From an uncultured cyanobacterium (GTDB lineage: Bacteria; Cyanobacteriota; Cyanobacteriia; PCC-6307; Cyanobiaceae), in assembly GCA_963697335.1 (NCBI GenBank), contig CAVONQ010000016.1, forward strand, positions 65,965-129,964: a stretch of DNA of 64,000 nt. The letters are read 5' to 3'. This document shows positions 1 to 10,753 of this stretch, one piece after another. A program made the translations under genes and the position numbers. Under the pieces are notes generated by a model. The model had not been told where the DNA came from and made no database searches. It worked only from the letters and a program-made list of their open reading frames with translations. How positions within the stretch are numbered: position 1 is the stretch's first letter; each line of letters begins with the position of its first letter.

Positions 1-304
1 GGTTGTAGCGCAGCTCACCGGCCTGGAGCAGCTGGCGGATCTGCCCCTCCAGCTCGGAGCCGATGTGGCGCAGGTTGTACTCGCTCAGTTCGGCGCCGGC
101 GTGGGCCGCCACCAGGTCGCGGAAGCGCTGCTGCACCTTCTCCAGCACCGCTGGCTCCCACAGGAACTCGTTGTCCGGGTCCACGTCCAGGGTGAGCTGG
201 CTGGGGTCGGGCACCAGGTCTTGCCCGTCAAGCCGGGCCGTGAACAGGCGCACGTGGCGGGTCGTGGATTTCAGCAGCGTGGCTGCGGAACTGGAATCAG
301 CCAT
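1..304 (-). CDS. ndhM: NAD(P)H-quinone oxidoreductase subunit M (3' end runs off window)
   Basis: Manual translation from ATG 304: [49 protein letters not shown]...; divergent from pds. Not in the ORF track. Confidence 0.9.
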   Translation of the reverse strand, partial: MADSSSAATLLKSTTRHVRLFTARLDGQDLVPDPSQLTLDVDPDNEFLWEPAVLEKVQQRFRDLVAAHAGAELSEYNLRHIGSELEGQIRQLLQAGELRYN

Positions 305-341
305 GGGGTGACGCGGGGCGCAGCCAACGGACCGACTTTAG

Positions 342-1843
<1,502 letters not shown>

Positions 1844-1844
<1 letters not shown>

Positions 1845-4462
1845 TGAGGCCCGCGGCCGCTGGTCGGGCCAAGGGTGGCGCCGGCGTGGATGCCCGGGCC
1901 ATCCGCTGGCGGGTCCGGCGCTTCACCCTCGCCTGGTATCTCGTGGTGACGGGCCTTCTGCTCGGGGCGGCGGGCATCACCTTCTGGAGGTTGCAGCTGA
2001 CCATCCAGGAGTTCGCCGGCCAGCGGGTGACCATGGTTCGGGAGAACCTGGGCAAACAGCTCAAGATCACCGACGAGACCTACCGAAAACTCGCCCTTGC
2101 GGCGATGCGGGTGTTGAAGGCTGATTTTCAGGTCCTGGGAGCGGCCCGGTTGGGATCGGGCAGCGTGCGCAGCGGTGACCAAACCGTGCCGGATCTGCGC
2201 TTTGGTGAGTCGCCGGTGGCCGACCAGGCCGCCCTCGTGGAGGAGGTGTCGGCCCAGCTGGGCGCGACCGCCACCGTGTTCGTGGCCCGCGGCGACCGGT
2301 TCATCCGGGTGGCTACCACGGTGAACGATCAGGAGGGCACCGCCGCCATAGGCACCGACCTGGAGCCGGGCGGTGAGGTCATTGAGGCCCTGCGGCAGGG
2401 CGGGGTGTTCATCGGCGTGGTGGACATTCTCGGAGCGCCCTACTTCTCGGCCTATGAACCGATCCGCGACGGCCAGGGTCGGGTGATCGGCGCCTTCTAC
2501 GCGGGCTACCCCATGGCCTCCCTTTCGGAGATCGGCCGCTCGGTGCGCGATGCCAAGATCCTTGAAAATGGCTTCGTGGCCCTCACCGATTCCCAGGGGG
2601 GCCAGCTGTTTCGCTCCTCGGGCGCCACCGCCGACCTTGTTGAGAGGGTGCTGCGCGAGGTTCCGGCCCCGACGGAAGAATCAGCCATCGGCGGGCTCGA
2701 CGGCTACCGGGTGACCCGCACCCGGTTCGCTCCCTGGGGCTTCGACATCGTGATCGCCCGGTTCAATCCGGACATCGATCAGCTGACCTTAAGGCTCACC
2801 GTCGGGGTGCTCTGGCTGATGGCCGTGGTGATCGCCACCGTGCTGGTGCTCTCCTGGTGGTTCAGCCAGCGGCTCTCCCATGCGCTGATTGCCGGGGAAA
2901 TCGCCAGGCGGCGGGCCGATCTGGAGCGCAGGTCGGCCCGGGCCGCCAAGCGGGTGGCTGACCAGGCCAGCCAAGCCAAGAGTGCCTTCCTGGCCAATAT
3001 GAGCCACGAGCTACGTACGCCGATGAACGCGATCATCGGCTACAGCGAGATGTTGATCGAGGAGGCCGAGGAGATCACCTCTGGCCAGATGGTGCTGGAC
3101 CTTCGAAAAATCCAGGCTGCCGGCAAACATCTTCTGGCCTTGATCAATGGTGTGCTCGATCTCTCCAAGATTGAGGCCGGAAAGATGACCCTCTATCTGG
3201 AAGACTTTGATCTGGCTGAGGCAATCCATGAGGCGGCCACCACGGTGACCCCGCTTCTGAGGGAGCATCAGAATCATTTCGTGCTCGACTGCCCAGATGG
3301 GCTGGGCACGCTGCGATCCGATCGCACCAAGTTTCGCCAGTGTCTTCTCAATCTTCTCAGCAATGCCAGCAAGTTCACGGAACGGGGAGAAATCAGCCTG
3401 CGGGTGATCAACGATCTCGCTGATCACCGCATTCGGGTGGTGGTTCAGGACACCGGCATCGGCATGACTGCCGAGCAGATGGAGCACTTGTTCGAGAGTT
3501 TCAACCAGGCCGACAGCAGCACCACCCGCCGCTACGGCGGAACCGGTCTGGGCCTGGCGATCAGTCGTCAATTCAGTCGGATGATGGGTGGCGACATCAC
3601 GGTGGCCAGTTGTCCCGGCCAGGGCAGTTGCTTCACCCTGACCCTCCCCCGGTCGCTGGAACAGCCCGGGCCCGCTTTGGCAGAGCCGGGCCAGCCGGAG
3701 CCTGGTCCCGCTGATCTGCTGGCCCCCAGGGGTCGGGTGCTGGTGGTCGACGATGACCCCGCTGCCCTAGAACTCGTCAGCCGTTTCCTGGCTCGGGACG
3801 GCTACGCCGTCACCACCACGTCCAGCGGGGATGAGGCGATCGCCCTGGCCCGCCAGATCAAGCCCGATGCCATCACCCTGGACGTGATGATGCCGGGACT
3901 GGATGGCTGGAGCGTGCTGGCGGCTCTTAAGGCCGATCCGGAGCTTGCCGCGGTTCCCGTGGTGATGATGAGCATGTTGGACAACCTCGAGCTCGGCTTT
4001 GCGGCGGGCGCGGCGGAATGCCTGACCAAGCCGGTGGACTGGAGCCGCTTCGAGCGGATCCTCGGCCGCCTGACTCCGGTCGATTCCCAGGCGCCAGCGC
4101 GGGCTCTGGTGGTGGAGGCTGACCCCGCCAGCGCCGACTTGCTCCGCCGCATGCTGGAGAAGGGGGGTTGGGCTGTGGATCAGGCCAGAGATGGGCAGGA
4201 GGCACTGAAGGTGCTGGCCCGCTTCCGCCCGACGGTCATCCTGCTCGATCTGATGATGCCCCGCATGGACGGCCTGGACTTCGTCGAGCGGCTGCGGCGC
4301 AACCCCGCCGCAGCGAGCATCCCTGTGATCGTGATCACAGCCCATACCCTGACGCCCGAGGACCAGGCCCGCCTCAATGGCCGGGTCAGCGATGTGATCA
4401 GCAAGGGATCCCTCAGCGCCGCCGCCCTTTCCGAGCAGATCAATGCGATTCTGGCCAGCTGA
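1844..4462 (+). CDS. Membrane hybrid sensor histidine kinase (TM-Cache-TM-HisKA-HATPase-REC-REC)
   Basis: ATG overlaps pds stop (TGATG). Cache-type segment GATATVFV..RVATTV..YFSAYEPIRDGQGRVIG; H-box FLANMSHELRTPMN; N box NLLSNASKFT; DTGIGM and GGTGLGL boxes; two receivers (LDVMMP, LDLMMP). Confidence 0.93.
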
Positions 4463-4489
4463 TTCCCCCTTGGCCGCCCGTTGCCAACC

Positions 4490-4876
4490 ATGACCCGTGT
4501 GCTGCTGGTCGAAGACAACGACATGAACCGGGATATGTTGTCCCGCCGCCTGACCCGCAGGGGCTTCACCGTGGTGATGGCGATCAACGGGGAAGCGGCC
4601 CTGGCCATGGTCGCTGCCGAGACCCCCGACCTGATCCTGATGGACATGAGTCTGCCCGTGATCGACGGGTGGGAAGCGACCCGCCGCCTCAAGGCGGATC
4701 CCGCCACCGCCACCATCCCCGTGATCGGCCTCACCGCCCACGCCATGGAGGGAGATCTGCAGGCTTGCCTGCAGTCGGGCTGTGATGATTACGACACCAA
4801 GCCTGTGGACCTGCCGCGCCTGCTCAACAAGATCCAGACCCAGCTGCAGCGGCTTCAGGCCGGGGCGGAGGCCTGA
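4490..4876 (+). CDS. Single-domain response regulator (DivK/CheY-like)
   Basis: VLLVEDN, LILMDMSLP, TAHAM, TKPVD; no output domain. Confidence 0.92.
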   Translation: MTRVLLVEDNDMNRDMLSRRLTRRGFTVVMAINGEAALAMVAAETPDLILMDMSLPVIDGWEATRRLKADPATATIPVIGLTAHAMEGDLQACLQSGCDDYDTKPVDLPRLLNKIQTQLQRLQAGAEA

Positions 4877-5922
4877 TGGGGCTTGGCCATCCACCTGCGG
4901 GCTCCGGCCCCCCCGATCCTGCGGGATCCGGAGACCAGTCAATGGCGGAGCTGCGCCATGACCTCATCAACCCGATCAACCAGATCCTCGGCTACAGCGA
5001 ATTGCTCGAGGAGGATGCCCGCGACCGGTACCCCGATGCCGTGGAGGACCTCGGCAAAATCCAGCAGGCAGCCGGCACCCTGCTGAGCCTGCTGCAGACG
5101 CGGCTCGTCGGGGCCCTCGAGAGTCCCGCTGGACCCAACCAGCTCCTTGTTAACCAACTGTTACCCAGCACGCCGCTGCCCGACCAGGAGTCCGGGGGGG
5201 CGGCCCCCCGGACGGGACAGATCCTGGTGGTGGATGACGATGCAGCCAACCTCGAGCTTCTCGCCCTGCGGCTGCAGCGCCAGGGGCATGGCGTCACGTC
5301 CGCGTCCGATGGAGAGGAGGCTCTGGAGCGGCTCCGCCATCACGCCTTCGACCTGCTGCTGCTCGACGTGATGATGCCGCGCCTGGATGGCTACGGCACC
5401 CTGGAGCGCCTGAAGATCCATCCCCAGTGGAGGCACCTGCCGGTGATCATGATCAGTGCTCTCGATGAGCTCTCCAGCGTCGTGCGCTGCATCGAGGCGG
5501 GGGCGGATGACTACCTGGCAAAGCCCTTCAATCCCACGCTGTTGCGCGCCAGGATCGGCGCCTGCCTCGACAAGAAGGCCAGCCGGGATCAGGAAATCGC
5601 CCTTTACAACACTCTGGTGAGAAGCCAGCAACGGCTTCGGGCCGACGTCGATGCCGCTCGCAGCCAGGTCGAGTCTCTGGCTCCGGAGCTGCGCGAAGAT
5701 GCCCGTGTCAGTCCCGTGCTGGCGGCGCTGGCCCGCATGGCCGGCGCGGTCTCCCTACGGGAGAATGACTTACGGGTCACCCTTCAGGAACTGGAGATCA
5801 AGATCAACCGGCAGGCCCTCACCACGCAAGTCAGCTCCATCGTCAGCGACCCTGCCTTCTCGGCACTTTCCGAACGGGCCAGGGCGATGCGGAGCCGCCG
5901 CCGGCCTCAGGGAGGCGACTGA
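4876..5922 (+). CDS. HisKA(DHp)-like + receiver + C-terminal helical tail protein
   Basis: LRHDLINPINQILGYSELL (H-box-like, no ATPase domain); receiver ILVVDDD/LLDVMMP/AKPF; TGATG overlaps at both ends; alternative start at ATG 4942. Confidence 0.88.
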   Translation: MGLGHPPAGSGPPDPAGSGDQSMAELRHDLINPINQILGYSELLEEDARDRYPDAVEDLGKIQQAAGTLLSLLQTRLVGALESPAGPNQLLVNQLLPSTPLPDQESGGAAPRTGQILVVDDDAANLELLALRLQRQGHGVTSASDGEEALERLRHHAFDLLLLDVMMPRLDGYGTLERLKIHPQWRHLPVIMISALDELSSVVRCIEAGADDYLAKPFNPTLLRARIGACLDKKASRDQEIALYNTLVRSQQRLRADVDAARSQVESLAPELREDARVSPVLAALARMAGAVSLRENDLRVTLQELEIKINRQALTTQVSSIVSDPAFSALSERARAMRSRRRPQGGD

Positions 5923-6869
5923 TGGACGCCCTGCTCTGCCACCATGGCCCTCACCACGGTCACCCTGTCGTGCTGCCCAGCCTCGACCAGGCCTACGAGG
6001 ACTGCCGCCAGGAGACCGCCCAGTGGGCCAAGACTTTCTATCTGGGAACCCTGCTGATGCCGACGGCCAAGCGCCGGGCGATCTGGGCGATTTATGTGTG
6101 GTGCCGCCGCACCGATGAACTGATGGACAGCGCCGAGGCCCAGGCGCGTCCCAAGGCGGAACTGGCGGCCCGGCTCGACCACTGGGAAGAGCACACCCGC
6201 GAGTTGTTCGAAGGGGTTGTGCTCGATGGCCTCGATCTGGTCATGCGCGACACCCTGGAGCGCTACCCCCAGCCCCTCCAGGCCTATCTCGACATGATCG
6301 AGGGCCAGCGCATGGATCTGCGTCGGCAGCGCTACCCCAGCTTCGACGACCTGGAGCTCTACTGCTACCGGGTGGCCGGCACGGTGGGATTGATGACACA
6401 GGAAGTCATGGGCCGGGACGCGGCATACACCTCGGCCCCCTGGAGCGACGCCCCAGACACCACCGCAGCGGCGGTAGCCCTTGGCATTGCCAATCAGCTC
6501 ACCAACATCCTGCGGGACGTGGGCGAAGACCGGGCCCGTGGCCGCATCTACCTTCCCCAGGAGGACCTGGCCCGTTTTGATTACGGCGAGGACCAACTTA
6601 TGGCCGGGGTCTTCAATGACAACTGGCGGGCTCTGATGCGCTTTCAGCTGGAGCGGGCCCGCCACTGGTTTGCCCGTGCCGAGGACGGCGTGCGTTGGCT
6701 GGCGCCTGATGCCCGCTGGCCGGTGTGGGCATCGTTGCGGTTGTACCGCGGCATCCTCGATGTGATCGAGCAGCAGAACTACGACGTGTTCAACAAGCGC
6801 GCCTTCGTGCCGAGCAGCGGCAAGCTGCTCGACCTGCCACTGTCATTCGTGGTCGCCCAGGTGCGCTGA
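5922..6869 (+). CDS. crtB: Phytoene synthase
   Basis: WAKTFYLGTLL, RRTDELMD, YCYRVAGTVG, NQLTNILRDVGED. Confidence 0.96.
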   Translation: MDALLCHHGPHHGHPVVLPSLDQAYEDCRQETAQWAKTFYLGTLLMPTAKRRAIWAIYVWCRRTDELMDSAEAQARPKAELAARLDHWEEHTRELFEGVVLDGLDLVMRDTLERYPQPLQAYLDMIEGQRMDLRRQRYPSFDDLELYCYRVAGTVGLMTQEVMGRDAAYTSAPWSDAPDTTAAAVALGIANQLTNILRDVGEDRARGRIYLPQEDLARFDYGEDQLMAGVFNDNWRALMRFQLERARHWFARAEDGVRWLAPDARWPVWASLRLYRGILDVIEQQNYDVFNKRAFVPSSGKLLDLPLSFVVAQVR

Positions 6870-6871
6870 CG

Positions 6872-8434
6872 GTGCCGCGACTTCCCTGGCTACCGCCGTT
6901 GGCCACGGCGCTCCTGATCTGCTGCCTTCCCCCCCTACCCCTACGCGCCGAGTGGGAACCCATCGTGCTCCCCAGCGATCTGGAGGTGGAGGCCCTGGGA
7001 AGTGGGTGGACCGGTGAACTGCCCCGCTCGGACCCGGCGCCGCTGCCGGCGGAGCAGCTCACGTCTCTGTCGATGGATCAGGCGGTTCGCTGGTCGAGCC
7101 AGCGCAATCCGGTGATCCGTTCGGCGTTTCAGAACCTGGTGGCCACCCAAAACAGCCTGGGAGCTCAGTACGCCCGCTGGTGGCCAGTGATCAATGTCTC
7201 GCTCACCGGGGGGCTCTACGGGCAGGATTCGGGTGTCAGCGGCACCAGCCTGAATGGGGGTGGCTTCGGCGGTGGCGGTGGCGGCGGCGGCGGCGGCGGC
7301 GGCAGTTTCGGCCCCGATGGGGGCTATTTCTCCTCGATTGCCCAGGTGGACGCCACCTGGAATCTGATCGACCCCTCCCGGGCACCGGCCATTTGGAAGG
7401 CCAAATATCAGGTGCGCCAGGCCGCCGATGCCTACGTCATCGCCTACCGCGACAACCGTTTGCAGGTGGAGTCGGCGTTCATTGCCCTGCAGGCCGCGGC
7501 GGCTCAGGTGCAGGCCAGCAGGCTGATCGTGGATAACGACGGCCTGCTCCTGCAACTCACGGAGGCCAAGCTCCGCCTTGGGGTAGCCTCGCGGCTCGAT
7601 GTGACCAAGCAGAAAACGGTTCTGTTTGCCGACCAGGTTGACCTTGAGCAGGGTGTCAAGGCGGTCGCGATCGCCCGCAGTCAGCTGGCTGAGTTGCTCA
7701 ACGTGGACCAGCCGGATCTGATCAACCCAGGCGCCGCCCTGGTTCCGCTGGGCGTGTGGCCCCACAGCCTTGATCAAACCGTGGAGGCCAGCCTTGCCTA
7801 CCGCAAGGTGATCCAGCAGAAGCTGCTGGATGTGAAAGTCTTTGAAGCTGATGCCCAGATTGCCCTGGCTGTCTACCAGCCCACGCTTCAGCTGATCAAT
7901 ACTCTTTATTGGAACCGCAATGCCTATTGGACAGAGTCGCTGAGAAGCTATGTGTTCAATCCGTCCTCTGCGTTGACTCTCACCTTCACTGGCTTCGACG
8001 GGGGGCAGGCACGGATGGAGGCAGAGGCCTCCAGGCGGAAGTCGGCGGCCGCTGCCCAGGACTACCTGGCAGCCAGGAATTCTGCGCGACAGGAGGCGCA
8101 GGCCGATTTCGCCAAGGTGGACGTGGGCCGCAAGGTGCTGTTGGCTTCGGCCAATGAAGTGGAGCAGGCCAACAAGGCGATTCGGCTTCAGAGCCTTCGC
8201 TTCAATGCAGGCTATGGCACGATCACCGATGTGGTTCAGGCTCAGTTGAGCCTTGCTCAATCAGTTCTCTCGTTTGTCGAAAATCTTAAGGACTACAATC
8301 AGTCCCTGACCAGTCTGGCCAGAAACACCGGACTTAATTATGTGACTGATTCAGTATTCAGCCGTGATGTGGGTCAGCCTTTGTCGGAATTAGAGCGCCT
8401 GCCCGAGCTATTCGATCGACGCACCGGCGGCTGA
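6872..8434 (+). CDS. TolC family outer membrane protein (accessory paralog) with poly-Gly insert
   Basis: Signal-like N-terminus from GTG 6872; twofold OEP repeat (LRLGVASRLDV / FNAGYGTITDVVQAQ); FDGG motif. Confidence 0.85.
   Translation: MPRLPWLPPLATALLICCLPPLPLRAEWEPIVLPSDLEVEALGSGWTGELPRSDPAPLPAEQLTSLSMDQAVRWSSQRNPVIRSAFQNLVATQNSLGAQYARWWPVINVSLTGGLYGQDSGVSGTSLNGGGFGGGGGGGGGGGGSFGPDGGYFSSIAQVDATWNLIDPSRAPAIWKAKYQVRQAADAYVIAYRDNRLQVESAFIALQAAAAQVQASRLIVDNDGLLLQLTEAKLRLGVASRLDVTKQKTVLFADQVDLEQGVKAVAIARSQLAELLNVDQPDLINPGAALVPLGVWPHSLDQTVEASLAYRKVIQQKLLDVKVFEADAQIALAVYQPTLQLINTLYWNRNAYWTESLRSYVFNPSSALTLTFTGFDGGQARMEAEASRRKSAAAAQDYLAARNSARQEAQADFAKVDVGRKVLLASANEVEQANKAIRLQSLRFNAGYGTITDVVQAQLSLAQSVLSFVENLKDYNQSLTSLARNTGLNYVTDSVFSRDVGQPLSELERLPELFDRRTGG
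7268..7303 (+). repeat. GGY tract encoding 12 Gly, ending in (GGC)8
   Basis: ggc ggt ggc ggt then 8 perfect GGC at 7280-7303. Confidence 0.9.
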
Positions 8435-8469
8435 TCTCTCTCTCAGCGTCTCGAGTCTCACGTTTCGTC

Positions 8470-9908
8470 CTAGGGAGGGTCAAGTGCGCGATTGCGCCGG
8501 GCCCGCATGGCCCGGGCCCGTTGGTTCAGCCGGGTGAAGTTGGGATCCTTGACAATGGAGCATATCTGGCCGTGGAGTTCCTCCTGGTTGATGTCGATTT
8601 CCAGGGTCTTGATCTTGGCGAGCAGGGAGTCTCCCCGGTCAGCTACGGCCAGGGCCATGGAGTTGAACGCCTGCACAAGCCGTCCTAGGGCATCATTGCC
8701 GGCGTAGCTGATGGCCTGGCGGCGTTGGCCGTTGCTGATCGCAGTTGCGGCTGCGGCAAGCTCACGTAGTTGCTGCCGAATGCCTTCAGAAATCCGCCAC
8801 GCCGCCAGTCCGCAGAAGCCGATCAGACCTAGGGTCGCTACCGATAGCTGCACCAGGATCCTGAAGGTGTCTGACTGCAACGGCCTGAGCGATTTCAGTA
8901 GGGCCTTATTGTCGACGCTCATCACACTGATCCAGTCCCAGGCTGGGAAGACAGAGATGAACAGGGTGCGCTCTTCCCCCACCGTCCGGGAGTCGCCGGT
9001 AGCGGCGCTCCGGCGTTCCATCAGGTAGGGATCGCCGCTGCCGGAGACCCTGGGCAGCCCACCGGTGGCCTGGAGATCCTTGATCAGATCCTGGCAGGCG
9101 GCTTGTCCAGGTTGGGAGTAGAGGCAGATGGGCCTGTTCGAGGCCGAAAGGCCAAGGAAGGCCAGTTGATGGTCAGCCTGGGGAACAGGTTTGTGGCCGT
9201 CTCCAGCAGACTGGAGGCTGCATCGGTTCGCACACTCACCGAGAGCACCAGTCGTGCGGGGACCGGGTCGGGGCCCAGGGCCGTCAGCTCGCTGAGGCGC
9301 CATCCGTGATCCTCCCTCACCAGAGTGCTCTGGGTGAGCAGTGTTCCGCTGGGGGTGAGATCCAGGGATTCCAACTGTTTTGCCGTTGTGTCTGGTACCC
9401 GCCAGAGCGTGGGGAGTGTTGTGTTCTTATCTGTGACGCCCGCCAGGCGAAGCCAGCTTTTCCCCTCACGGGTGTAGTAAACAGAGGCGCTCTTGTTGGG
9501 CGTGGCCAGGCCCAGCCTCAGGGCGTTGATGACGACCTGCTCGGCGGCCTCCCTGGAGAGCGGTTGCCCTTTCCAGCGGAACCCGCCGTCAGGATCCATA
9601 CCGAGATCCTGCAGGCTTGCCGCCAGACGCTTGCTGTCATCGGACAGATAGTCTGCGGTCTGATCGGCGCTGCTTTGAATCAATCGGGTGGCGGTCCTTA
9701 CCCGGGTCAGGTTGTCCTGGTCAATCAGCTTGGTGATGTCGTGCCCAGCCTCTCTGGAAAGCCGTAGAGCTGTCATGGAGGAAATCAGAAAGAAGATGGC
9801 CATGCTCACCAGCGGACCGCTGACACCCAGAACGATCAGCCGCGTTGAGAGCCCCATGGCTGGGCGCCGCGCTGGTGTTTCATCCTTGGGCGCTCCTTGA
9901 CGGCTCAT
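8470..9908 (-). pseudogene. Membrane sensor (TM-extracytoplasmic-TM-HAMP-conserved tail), split by a one-base frameshift near 9180
   Basis: ORF 9908-9084 has the first TM; ORF 9303-8470 has the second TM, HAMP (LRELAAAATAISNG..DALGRLVQAFNSMA) and tail. One extra base in the G4 run 9180-9183 joins them as ...NLFPQADHQLAF... Confidence 0.75.
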
Positions 9909-9931
9909 GGTCAGCTCTCAGAGGAGGGGTT

Positions 9932-9949
9932 TGAATGTAGGATGAATGT
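9932..9949. promoter_or_regulatory. TGAATGT direct repeat (11-bp period) in divergent promoter region
   Basis: TGAATGT-AGGA-TGAATGT between divergent starts at 9908 and 9983. Confidence 0.35.
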
Positions 9950-9982
9950 CCATGGGCGGTTCAGCCAGGGAGGGACTAAACG

Positions 9983-10753
9983 ATGGTGATGCCTAAAATC
10001 ATCTCAGTCCACTCTTTCCGTGGTGGTACTGGAAAGTCTAATCTGACTGCAAATCTTGCCTTCGCTTTCGCGATGCAGGGCAAGAAAGTTGCCGTCTTTG
10101 ATACCGATCTTGCCTCGCCAGGGATCCACGTTCTGTTTGGATTCTCGGTTCAGCCTGGCCAGACCACACTGAATGACCATCTGCAGGGATCGGCTCCGAT
10201 CAAGGACTGTGCCTACAATGTAACGCCAGAACAGGCTAAGTCCTCCCGCGGCCGGATCTGGTTGGTGCCAGCGTCCATGGAGAGCGACCGCATTGCCCGA
10301 TTGCTGCGGGAGGGATATCAGGTTGAGCGCCTGAATGACGCCCTCTTTGCTCTCGCAGAAACCCTTGGGCTCGATCTCGTGCTGATCGATACCCACCCCG
10401 GGATCAACGAGGAAACCCTCCTTTCTGCGGCCATCTCCGATGTCCTTGTCATCGTGATGCGTCCCGATTCCCAGGACTATCTCGGTACGGCGGTGGCGAT
10501 TGAAGTGGCGGAAAGGCTGGAGGTGCCCGCCATTCGTATGGTGGTCAACAAGGTGCCCAGTCATTTCGACCCAGATCAGGTGCGCGAACGGGTGGCCCGC
10601 AGTTACGGCGTTCCTATCGGGGCCTCCCTCCCCCTCAGCGAAGACCTGCTCACCATTGCCAGCGGCAGCCTGGCCCTGGTGGACGTTCCTGGCCACCCGT
10701 GGAGCGCCGGCGTGACCCAGCTCGCCACCGACCTGGCCGATGTGCTGCGCTGA
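9983..10753 (+). CDS. MinD/ParA family ATPase
   Basis: Deviant Walker A SFRGGTGKS, DTDLASPG, LIDTHPG, VVNKVP; purine-rich RBS upstream. Confidence 0.92.
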   Translation: MVMPKIISVHSFRGGTGKSNLTANLAFAFAMQGKKVAVFDTDLASPGIHVLFGFSVQPGQTTLNDHLQGSAPIKDCAYNVTPEQAKSSRGRIWLVPASMESDRIARLLREGYQVERLNDALFALAETLGLDLVLIDTHPGINEETLLSAAISDVLVIVMRPDSQDYLGTAVAIEVAERLEVPAIRMVVNKVPSHFDPDQVRERVARSYGVPIGASLPLSEDLLTIASGSLALVDVPGHPWSAGVTQLATDLADVLR

